Shown: piece by piece, positions 28,801 through 35,578 of the stretch
Layout of the letters: each line of letters begins with the position of its first letter
Position numbering within the stretch: position 1 is the first letter of the stretch
Source of the DNA: Clostridiales bacterium
GTDB taxonomy: Bacteria; Bacillota; Clostridia; Christensenellales; UBA1242
Reading direction: 5' to 3'
Assembly (NCBI GenBank): GCA_003522085.1
Contig: DPGI01000009.1
Coordinates: forward strand, 151,396-215,395
DNA: 64,000 bases
Translations under genes and position numbers: made by a program
The notes under the pieces: generated by a model
Told to the model about the DNA's origin: nothing
The model's input: only the letters and a program-made list of their open reading frames with translations
The model's database searches: none

Positions 28801-31588
28801 CTTGTTCTGCATTTAAGGTGTAATGAATAGTGTATGAGAATTGAATATCTTTTTGCGACATTGTTTCAAGTGATGGTCTTTCGGTTGATTTGTCTTTGTA
28901 TGCCATTTCTGCATCAATTGGAGAGAGATAATACAATCCTTTTTTTGCTGAACCAAGGTCGTAGTTGTTAATGTTTTTGTCTATGAAAGCATTTAAGGCG
29001 TCTTGAAGTTTTGTGTCTTCTTTGCCATTTCTGTTTTTGCAAATTGCCGTTAAATTGCTTGCGTCATAGTTTGTTTTGATTGCTTTGTTTTTAGACCAAA
29101 TAACAGTTGCATCTGTTGTTAATGTGTAATTTGAAGTGATAAGTTGATATCCTTCGCTTTGAGTATACAAAACAAAGTAAGGTTTCGAATCGTCAAGGAA
29201 TACAAGATAAACTGCACTGTTTCCGGCATCGTCAAAGATTTCAAACATATACAAGCCCGCGCTTTCTTTAACATAGCTTGAAGGGATTGATGAGTTGTTT
29301 AAAGTCAAATGTTGAGCGTTGGCATAATTGATCCAAGAGTTGTCTTTTGAAATGGTCAGTTCTCTATCTGCTGCAAGCATTTCGTTGCGCAACAAGTTTC
29401 CGATCAATGAGTTGATGTCAGATGTGTTGTAATAGTTTGAGTATGTAAGTGGAAAGTATTTGTAATAGCCATATGTTCTTGCTCCGCTCTTCTTTACATT
29501 GTCCCAAGTGAAAACAAATGGTTGGTTTGTTGCATTTGCAAAAGTGCTTGTTGTTCTGTAATCAGCGTTGATTCCAGAAGTTTCAACTGCGTATGGAGTG
29601 AGTGCTGAGATGTCTTGTCTATCGATTGTGAAAGTTCTTGTGATTGGAGTAAGTGCAAGAGATTGTTTTCCGTAATAGACTTTGAGAGTGTAAGTTCCTT
29701 CATCTTCGATAATCTCTTCAGTTTTTGAGCCTGTTAATATTGAGATTGCAGGTTGTTCTACGTTAGTAAGGAAATCTTTGCGGATAAGTTCAAACTTAAC
29801 TGGAGCGTCGAAGTCACTTTGATTTGATGCATATTTGATTAAAACTTTTTCAGCGTTTGTGTATTCGCGAGAATATAACTCTTTCTCATTTGCTGTGATG
29901 TTTACGCTAGGTGTAGTTTTTTCAATTTTGAAATAGAAGAATTGATTGAAAACTTTACCTGAGTCTGGGTGAGAAGCATAACTAAAATTTGTTAGTGAAA
30001 CTAAATATGTTCCAGGTGTGCTTAAGTTTGATGTGATGGCAAAGTCGCTAGCTTCTCCCCAGCTTTTTCCATCATTTGCCAACTTTTGAATTTGAATCGT
30101 TGCATTTTCTGCGTTAAAGTTGTTTGTAAATTTAATTGGAGTTTGGTTTGTCGAAACAGGTTTCCTTTTTTCCAATGGGATCTCTAATAAGTATTCGGCA
30201 AGACCTTTTGTTGAGTTTGCACTTTTCCAGGTTGTATACTCACTGTCTGTCAAAAGGTAAGAAACATCAGCGCCTTTTTGGGCAGTATATTTGCCGTCAT
30301 TGTAAATAATCTTTTTAAATTCTTTAAATTCGTTGTTGGTGTAATCGGTGTAAGATGCTTGTGAACCTACAACATGGACTTTTTGGTCAAGAACTTTAAC
30401 TATGTCGCCCTGATTATTAAAGTTAAGATTTAAAGGTTGATTGATTTCATATGTGTGATGCGTAGTTGTTTCGCCAGCGGTTGTTGAGTAGTTGTAAATC
30501 ATGTCGTAGTGCATATTGTAAACGCCGACGTCGTTAAAATAAACTGTGGTTTTGTTTCCGTTTTCTGCAACAACTACATCTTGCACAAAGTCTGGTTTTA
30601 CAATTTCGTTTGTTTCTGGGTTGAAAGTAAGAGTTGCGCTTTCAGTATTGTTGTTAAAGTTTTTAGTAAGTGTAAGTCTGAAGTGATTAGCGTCGTATGT
30701 GATGCTTGGCAAGTCTTGAGTTCCGTAATTGTAGAAGTATTCCCATTTATGTGTTGATGATGACAAACTTGCACTTCGAGAAAGTGATGAAAATTCAATC
30801 TTTGGAGCGTCTTGGCAAGAAGGTTCAAAATAATCATCATTGTTGAAAAGGAAAGCGGTGTATGAGAAAGTTTGATTTGTATAAGTTGTGGTTTCGGTGA
30901 AATCTGGGTCGACATCGTTCTCTTTATAATTTTTTCCAGGGACGAAAGTTGTATCATAAAGCCCATAAGATATGTTAACTTCTAAAAGTCCTGATTTGTC
31001 TATTGAAAGTATGCCCGGAGTGACTTTCCATCCCGTTATTTCACCATTCGTGTCTATTATTGCAGATTCCGTGGCTGTCGTTTCGCCAAGAGTCGTGTCG
31101 CGAGCAATTTTCATTTGCAGAGTTTGAGGATAAATTGCTGCGTCGCTATTGCGAATAGTATCGTTTGATGTAAGTATATATTTGCTTGAGTCGACAGGGA
31201 TTTGTTTGCCGTTTAAATAAACTGAAATTTGAATGTCGTTGAAAAGGTAGTAGTGATTTGGGTCTTCAGTTTGGTTTGGGAAGTAGGCATATACTTGTTT
31301 AGCTTCATTTGTAGTTTCGCCACCTACCGTTTTGACTATCGTCCCTCTGCCGGATTTTTTCTCAGTGGTGAATGACAAAGGAAGATCTTTTGAAAAGTAT
31401 GTATTGTTTTGAGTCAGCACGCCTTTGTTTATATAAGGTGGGATCACGTTTGTAATCGTCTCTTCAACAACGTCAGCACTTGACTTTGAAATGCTGGTTG
31501 GTTGAATTAAAAAGCAGGCGCCGGTTGCCATTGACAAAGCCGCCATACTAAGAACTGATAAACTTAAAACCTTTTTAAATTTGTTCAT
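22892..31588 (-). CDS. giant (2,898 aa) secreted surface protein with a C-terminal membrane anchor; adhesin-like, multiple Ig/HYR-like beta-sandwich signatures
   Basis: N-terminal signal peptide MNKFKKVLSLSVLSMAALSMATGA. C-terminal TM AWAIAAICIGAVGAIIVVVVII followed by KLRKKIKVK. T/S/N/Y-rich. Recurrent D-x-AGN motifs (FDDAGNSAVYLVF, QDLAGNLTIYLV, SDIAGNRQVF, VDNFGNTTKIV). Confidence 0.85.
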   Translation of the reverse strand: MNKFKKVLSLSVLSMAALSMATGACFLIQPTSISKSSADVVEETITNVIPPYINKGVLTQNNTYFSKDLPLSFTTEKKSGRGTIVKTVGGETTNEAKQVYAYFPNQTEDPNHYYLFNDIQISVYLNGKQIPVDSSKYILTSNDTIRNSDAAIYPQTLQMKIARDTTLGETTATESAIIDTNGEITGWKVTPGILSIDKSGLLEVNISYGLYDTTFVPGKNYKENDVDPDFTETTTYTNQTFSYTAFLFNNDDYFEPSCQDAPKIEFSSLSRSASLSSSTHKWEYFYNYGTQDLPSITYDANHFRLTLTKNFNNNTESATLTFNPETNEIVKPDFVQDVVVAENGNKTTVYFNDVGVYNMHYDMIYNYSTTAGETTTHHTYEINQPLNLNFNNQGDIVKVLDQKVHVVGSQASYTDYTNNEFKEFKKIIYNDGKYTAQKGADVSYLLTDSEYTTWKSANSTKGLAEYLLEIPLEKRKPVSTNQTPIKFTNNFNAENATIQIQKLANDGKSWGEASDFAITSNLSTPGTYLVSLTNFSYASHPDSGKVFNQFFYFKIEKTTPSVNITANEKELYSREYTNAEKVLIKYASNQSDFDAPVKFELIRKDFLTNVEQPAISILTGSKTEEIIEDEGTYTLKVYYGKQSLALTPITRTFTIDRQDISALTPYAVETSGINADYRTTSTFANATNQPFVFTWDNVKKSGARTYGYYKYFPLTYSNYYNTSDINSLIGNLLRNEMLAADRELTISKDNSWINYANAQHLTLNNSSIPSSYVKESAGLYMFEIFDDAGNSAVYLVFLDDSKPYFVLYTQSEGYQLITSNYTLTTDATVIWSKNKAIKTNYDASNLTAICKNRNGKEDTKLQDALNAFIDKNINNYDLGSAKKGLYYLSPIDAEMAYKDKSTERPSLETMSQKDIQFSYTIHYTLNAEQVKYYLSTSNASQYLTMTAGESGERELVDATQSGGITYIDGNILYSADIYMLATETGYQYYYGQSGSLSLTSLKGESVTATITNGVCYINGKAASKMPFVDMEGTYIFYIRDASNTKGAHLSQDQKFLRYASSFQYIRVTSDSSQMQVYYKEDSTLQTTLTDASFARIDEILEDGNPTGYNKKSSYFNPTSVDKKLYVSFQPTIGNAGSSTITQVDKVTLSFYPYETKVVTKLDANKTPYFAFYKTLSTNPLFENVIYDLSIDGANESIVEKEINIDKEITVAGKYILTRTYKTGEGYTIDIFDYFERKLTAIVDRYGVITAPETISAESIKKEYTINGGTTTAYTAQTYGNIVIITPADGSPKISDANCEITDGGIRPIEMFGVNDYQVFAIFENNVSKDFNFKLLIPDVTLSESATTNVSVGPSLESIIGGDILINMYDDKNLPEGVISVSFPYYNNGINSGDSLYTANNNNWSDNDTSVTTSLKTNKLPVKLYIPEVKYTITNEDDIDADEQVFIKNILNNDLTYFDNDENFRQTSIITPYQIVASIEFLATGASETEVYTSTAGENGFLAFVDSNGAAVKNFSKPGSYIVTITQGYYSDSNSTNNFRKNYKFAFTIESSTPEFNISASGKELNTLDQANYYTNEKSATISWKEDTDDRYIAKIDKTKIEVTITKSQNQFSDIISITTAANGGYEITTENSNATLVSALEFTRSGKMNYLAVNFDKLGIYSNDDKFSLTMQFEGHNDEYYQKTTKTIVIDKKASYETVGSLIAKLSAFTNDAIPLDESNLRNYYNIEGKSVKTADEAAYNISKNVGYLKYYAYQVSDDFFTALKTMVETNNTLGANYRGDTIAAYYKLLNEDPYSGTFTETSYDNFAASKYNEIVNGTPTQESGYFEIVEQDLAGNLTIYLVHKYTAAEGMTDTIDDQGNEIQEFSQGLHYTDGKTDKYVFDKQILTNLLNIYSSTTFSVEKLNFMGDRWLELNINGSLYMLTPWLENGQAYRLAGQNAEIVSLNAIFASFSSSTTPINIAISNAADGSFANIKLTLLDGASLNTYLADSTAQEYISIGYSNSVYPVKVTVYNGNQVYSAQNDPNTLANLNSSYAYLANWSKYDNDTIVATADQTLSRLNFTFITLPNPNSKIKYEIVDNFGNTTKIVHVYGQNLYNEIESSGNMYTALINDATTGHEAQTYYISPVDLRFSYNDTVHTLKVFKWDGNVWAPTTEYGYSRVNLTTMTFSNPSGGLINNKYKIDVYEYDEDSPNNVDDSKYVKTVYFHIYNMLPQTDETLESYFKLSDNYGENITDATLTDTTVQRITINNRVYTISRSGSTFASSVTFTYSNSESFDYPFTAYYYKEGGESSGWTVVKSGTSFTESGVYYFLISYDSVLTNEYSLYKLEILDSATEFYRVTNNGKQVEKAGSYYYYRGTEYSEYYIVNVNYNTSASLVQIVPNNYQNVKVQPTSIKEAEGEGVFTIGYRVYNYSETETVKPGTSPFNRTVFITFIPPTSQPVSEAYFTFNSADQIDMLTSSSITAAADKNDSALSSVKLIFSNSYGIANNLIKISILKDGVAYPIETKTEEIVSSESGKANKTYRYVELTTSGTYTISLSDIAGNRQVFAAGTSQASGTLKLIFLKDVAFTMTYTDTDGVTHTTDPIQKGVFNKKVELTLLKTEEYYTAQSVGSGQSMITATRNGQEFTDFKFNATTKTFTFEMPGYYSVYFSATSTTGVPIREEIYNFTIVNPEESRYSFEYAPFDGYYIKSIVKDNLGDITRDENGQLKQAFKDVYQTVIINNKEYLKHFTTSFLDSLTGVGRYTITICTTKALNRTDYTATTDFSFSYWVNTSTVPISVSVTEGEATSKNIDVSFNAERVFEAVGECVITIGSQQFEINADTIATIGTVTQPISTTGTYFITVRSTSGNLLYSYKVIKNEPLNAWAIAAICIGAVGAIIVVVVIIKLRKKIKVK

Positions 31589-31741
31589 ACTTCTACCCCT
31601 ATGTCAACTATATTTTGACACGATCATTTTATCATAATTTTTCCCAAAAGCAAAATAATTTATGTATAAATAAATATAATATATATTATTAAATATAAAT
31701 ACATATTAAAATTTATTTATTTTTATTTTTTAAAATTGCAA

Positions 31742-31775
31742 AAAATAAAAAGCGAAAAATATTTATTTCGCTTTA
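31742..31775 (-). terminator. terminator between the sigma-factor gene and the giant gene
   Basis: on the minus strand, aaagcgaaataaatatttttcgcttt followed by a T-run. Confidence 0.6.
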
Positions 31776-31803
31776 AAATAAAGGGGTTAAAATAATAATT
31801 TAA

Positions 31804-32910
31804 TTAAAATAACAGAATATTTACGTTATTTTCGTCAATTATTTCGTTATTTTCGAAAATTGTGAATTTTTTTAATAAATCGCGGCGCACTTTCCCAAGC
31901 GCTGATGACTCGCGTGGGGTGATTGGTTCGCCCCTTAAAACCTTGTCTTCAAAAAACTGTTTTTCTTTTGGACCGAGCGACGGAATAATCAAAGTTTGCT
32001 TTGCAATTCCTTTTGGAAAGCATTTGATAAAGTTTTCTTTAAAGTGCTTGCTTAAAAATCGTGGAGGTTTGATGTAATTTTCAATCACATAGGTTTCCAT
32101 GGCATACATGGTGTTCCGCCACTTTGCCCGCATATGCGGATGTGAGATGCCTCTTTCATCACCAATCTTATACAGCGGCTCTAAGTGGTCGTTCACTGCG
32201 TGCCTTAAAATTAGTTCTTTTTCAAAATCATTGAATCTTTTATCAAAATAATCTTTAAAACATTCATCGTGTTTCCAGATATATCTCAAGTGCAGTATAG
32301 ACGGCGAGCCATATCCGCCCATGCGCCTGCGAAGCGAACCGTAAAGGTCTTGTTCTATCATATCAAAATCATTTGCATCAAAGTCCAACATCTTCGCCAC
32401 TTCTTCGGGCGTTTTCATTTCTTTATGATAAAGCCTGAAAAAATCTTGCTCACAAATTGGCAAAAGTTGAATCGCATTGTCGATTTCGGCGGCTTCTTTA
32501 AGTTCTAAAACTTCTTCGGGGCGAACTCCGCCTTCTATCAAGTCGATTTTTTCACAGCGCTCTTCGTCATCAATCATTGCATTTAATACGGCGACTTCAT
32601 TACGGGAATTTTGCCTGCGGTTTTCCATGAAGATTTCGTTTCGCATACAATATATGGCGTAGGTTGCAAATCGGTTGCCATGTTGAATGTCAAAGGTGTC
32701 AATCGCTTTAAGCATACCAATAGCGGCGAGTTGAAAGATATCGTCATAGTCGATTGTTGTGCGCCCTTGACCTACATTACAATATCGATTTGCTACTTGA
32801 TAAATCATTTTAATATTAAGCTTGATAATCTCGTCTTTTGCAGACTGGTCACCTTCGTGATATTTTTTTATGAGTTCGATTGTTTTGGAATTATAGTCGA
32901 TATTTTTCAT
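31804..32910 (-). CDS. sigma-70-family RNA polymerase sigma factor with a ~170-aa C-terminal extension
   Basis: region 2 DDIFQLAAIGMLKAIDTFDIQHGNRFATYAIYCMRNEI; region-4-like HTH (EQDFFRLYHKEMKTPEEVAKMLDF); the remaining C-terminal part is unassigned. Confidence 0.8.
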   Translation of the reverse strand: MKNIDYNSKTIELIKKYHEGDQSAKDEIIKLNIKMIYQVANRYCNVGQGRTTIDYDDIFQLAAIGMLKAIDTFDIQHGNRFATYAIYCMRNEIFMENRRQNSRNEVAVLNAMIDDEERCEKIDLIEGGVRPEEVLELKEAAEIDNAIQLLPICEQDFFRLYHKEMKTPEEVAKMLDFDANDFDMIEQDLYGSLRRRMGGYGSPSILHLRYIWKHDECFKDYFDKRFNDFEKELILRHAVNDHLEPLYKIGDERGISHPHMRAKWRNTMYAMETYVIENYIKPPRFLSKHFKENFIKCFPKGIAKQTLIIPSLGPKEKQFFEDKVLRGEPITPRESSALGKVRRDLLKKFTIFENNEIIDENNVNILLF

Positions 32911-32916
32911 AGAAAA

Positions 32917-32945
32917 AGTATATTTAAAAGCGAGATTAAAAATTA
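32917..32945 (-). promoter_or_regulatory. -10 box abutting the sigma-factor ATG (leaderless candidate)
   Basis: minus strand TATACT (plus 32917-32922), then 6 nt to the ATG at 32910; weak -35; no SD. Confidence 0.4.
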
Positions 32946-33008
32946 CATTTAGCGGTATTTCATTTTGATAATATTGTCAAATATTGTAAAATTGTATAAA
33001 GGTGAGTT

Positions 33009-34424
33009 ATGAATAGATTTATATGCAGAGTATGTGGATATGTTCATGAGGGAGAACTTGATGAAAAGACAGTTTGCCCAGTTTGTCATTTGGGTGCAGA
33101 ATTTTTTAAGCCCGAAGCAAAACAAGAGCGCGACGAGCACGTTTTTGTAGATATTGACGAATCAAACGTGGCAATTTGTCGCGATCCTGAAAAATGCATG
33201 CATTGTGGAAATTGCAAATCGGTGTGCAGATATAAGCAGGCTGTTTATGGTAGATATAACGCGCAAAAATGCAAATGCAAATCAGTTTGTGTTGATTGCG
33301 GGCAGTGCTCTATTGCATGTCCAGCAGGCGCAATTGAATATAAAAACGATTATTCACGCCTAAAAGCAGAAATGGAAGATGAAAACAAGGTTTTTGTTTT
33401 TATTACAGCGCCTGCAACACGTGTTTCGCTTGCTGAAGTTTTCGGTCAGCCGGAAGGAACTATCTGCACACAGCACGTTGTGGGAGCGCTTAGAAGCCTT
33501 GGCGCGGATTATGTTTTTGATGCCACATTTGGCGCAGATTTAACGATAATGGAAGAAGCGAAAGAACTCGTTTCGCGCTTGCAGTCGGGTAAAAAACTGC
33601 CTATGTTTACAAGTTGTTGTCCATCATGGGTGAAATATACCGAGATTTTTTATCCCAAAATGTTAAAAAATCTTTCTACTTGCAAAAGCCCGCTGTCAAT
33701 GCAAGCGGAAGTTATAAAAACCTATTGGGCTCAAAAGCAAAACATTGAGCCAGAGCGAATTAGGGTGGTTGCAATCACTCCTTGCACAGCAAAAAAGGCG
33801 GAGGCAAAGGAAAGAAAGGCGTTTGATTATGCAATTCCTGTTCGCGAACTTGCAAAGTGGATGGTCGAAGACGGCATCGTGTTTAACGATATTGTGCCAA
33901 GCGAGTTTGACAGTGTGGTCGGTTCTGGCAGTGGCGCGGGTGTTATTTTTGGCTCGGCTGGTGGAGTCATGGAAGCAGTGCTGAGATCAGCATATTATTT
34001 CGTGACTGGTAAAAATGCAGAACAACTCAATTTCAAAAACATTCGCAGTTTAAGCGGTTATGCCGAAGCGCAAATCAGCATAGGAGGCTACAACCTTAAA
34101 GTTGCGGCTGTTTCGGGGCTTGCAAATGCAAAAAAACTTTTGGACGAAATTCAAAAGGGCAAACATTTTGACTTTGTTGAAGTAATGGCTTGCCTTGGCG
34201 GTTGTATAGCAGGCGGCGGTCAGCCTAAAAACATCAATCATACTTACGAAGAAGTTAGAAAGTGGAGAAGCACGGCTCTTTATTATCTTGACCAGTGCCA
34301 AGAAGTGAGATGTGCTCATGATAACCCAGAAATTAAAACGTTATATCGCGATTTTTTGTCAAAACCGGGGGCGACGCAAATGTTGCATACAAAATTTGTT
34401 GACAAAAGTGGAATATTGGGCTAA
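33009..34424 (+). CDS. [FeFe] hydrogenase catalytic subunit with an N-terminal rubredoxin-like Cys4 module and 4Fe-4S domains
   Basis: H-cluster motifs TSCCPSW, ITPCTAKKAEA, EVMACLGGCIAGGGQP; N-terminal CRVCGY..CPVCH; ferredoxin-type CxxCxxCxxxC clusters. Confidence 0.9.
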   Translation: MNRFICRVCGYVHEGELDEKTVCPVCHLGAEFFKPEAKQERDEHVFVDIDESNVAICRDPEKCMHCGNCKSVCRYKQAVYGRYNAQKCKCKSVCVDCGQCSIACPAGAIEYKNDYSRLKAEMEDENKVFVFITAPATRVSLAEVFGQPEGTICTQHVVGALRSLGADYVFDATFGADLTIMEEAKELVSRLQSGKKLPMFTSCCPSWVKYTEIFYPKMLKNLSTCKSPLSMQAEVIKTYWAQKQNIEPERIRVVAITPCTAKKAEAKERKAFDYAIPVRELAKWMVEDGIVFNDIVPSEFDSVVGSGSGAGVIFGSAGGVMEAVLRSAYYFVTGKNAEQLNFKNIRSLSGYAEAQISIGGYNLKVAAVSGLANAKKLLDEIQKGKHFDFVEVMACLGGCIAGGGQPKNINHTYEEVRKWRSTALYYLDQCQEVRCAHDNPEIKTLYRDFLSKPGATQMLHTKFVDKSGILG

Positions 34425-34484
34425 TATTATCAAAAATTTTACAATTTGCATATAAAAATATGTAAATTTTAGAAGGAGGGAAAC

Positions 34485-34973
34485 ATGAATAAGTCTAGAG
34501 ATATATTTTTAATTGCACTCGCATTTCTTTCATCGCTTTTGTTTGTTTTTGGTGGGGTAGGAATTTTTGCGAGCGTGCTTGTGGGAATTTTGATTGTCGG
34601 CGTGGCATATCTTGTTTTCAAAGATAAATCGCTTGCGGCAAGAACTTTACAACCTTACATAATTTTGTGTGCGGTTACTCTTGTTAGGCTTGTGTTTGAA
34701 GCAATTTTTGCCATGATTCTTGCATTTACAAACGATTCAACTGTTTACTCAAACACGATACAGGCAGCATCGATTGTCCGCGGAATTTTGATGATTGTTT
34801 TGATTTGCCTTCAAATCGTTGCTCTTGTGTTTATTTGCTGCAAAAAAGATGCGCCACTTGTTGGAACATTTGCAAATAAAATTGTTTCAAATCCAGTTGA
34901 AAGCAAAACAAAAGCTCAAAAAAGCAAGAAAAATGAGCCAGAAACAGACAAAACCGAAAACGAAGAAAAATAA
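34485..34973 (+). CDS. hypothetical membrane protein (4 predicted TM segments)
   Basis: 162 aa, hydrophobic segments, GGAGGG SD. Confidence 0.6.
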   Translation: MNKSRDIFLIALAFLSSLLFVFGGVGIFASVLVGILIVGVAYLVFKDKSLAARTLQPYIILCAVTLVRLVFEAIFAMILAFTNDSTVYSNTIQAASIVRGILMIVLICLQIVALVFICCKKDAPLVGTFANKIVSNPVESKTKAQKSKKNEPETDKTENEEK

Positions 34974-35030
34974 ACTTGGTGATTTCCAAGTTTTTTCATA
35001 AAAAATTTAGATAGTGAATATTATATCATT

Positions 35031-35537
35031 ATGATTAAAGAACCTATTTTTGAAAAGTCACGTCTAAAAAGTTTGGTTGCAGATTCGCCGATTGATTCTA
35101 CGTCGGCGTGTGTTGCGAAAGATATGAGTGATACTTTAAATTATTTCAGGCAACACGGCAGCGGAGTCTCATATATTTGCGCAAATCAAATTGGCGACAA
35201 CGAAAGGATTGTCGCTGTTTTTGACAGTGCAAACAACAAGATGAAATTTTTATATAACCCTGAAATATACACCAAGCGTGAATTGCAAGATTATTGGGAA
35301 GAAAGTTTGTCGCGCCCCGGTAGACTTTATAATGTAAAATGTTATTTTGAAGTGGTTGTTTATTATTTTGACGAAAATGGCTCGCGAAAACATATGATTT
35401 GCAACGGCAAAACCGCCGCACTAATTCAATCGGCAATAAGCACGCTGGACGGAGTGTTGCCGGAAGAACGCGCAAGCGAGTGTGCAATTATTGAAAATGT
35501 GGTCAAAATACTAAACGATAGCGCGCTAGAATTATAA
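35031..35537 (+). CDS. peptide deformylase homolog lacking the catalytic/metal-binding residues
   Basis: collinear with Def. Motif 1 GIGLAAxQ is GVSYICANQ, motif 2 EGCLS is EESLS, and motif 3 QHExDH is QSAIST. Confidence 0.75.
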   Translation: MIKEPIFEKSRLKSLVADSPIDSTSACVAKDMSDTLNYFRQHGSGVSYICANQIGDNERIVAVFDSANNKMKFLYNPEIYTKRELQDYWEESLSRPGRLYNVKCYFEVVVYYFDENGSRKHMICNGKTAALIQSAISTLDGVLPEERASECAIIENVVKILNDSALEL

Positions 35538-35543
35538 AATCAT

Positions 35544-35572
35544 TTGCAAATCTTAAAAATTTCGACTAATAT
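35544..35572 (+). promoter_or_regulatory. consensus promoter abutting the ATG at 35579 (leaderless candidate)
   Basis: TTGCAA(35544-35549), 17 nt, TAATAT(35567-35572), then 6 nt to the ATG. Confidence 0.6.
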
Positions 35573-35578
35573 ATAGTT

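Noticed and set aside
32945-33008. Operator-like direct repeat AATATTGT x2 between the sigma-factor and hydrogenase genes
   Set aside because: It overlaps a plausible TTGATA-16-TAAAAT promoter in very AT-rich DNA. It is too short and too low in complexity to distinguish from chance.
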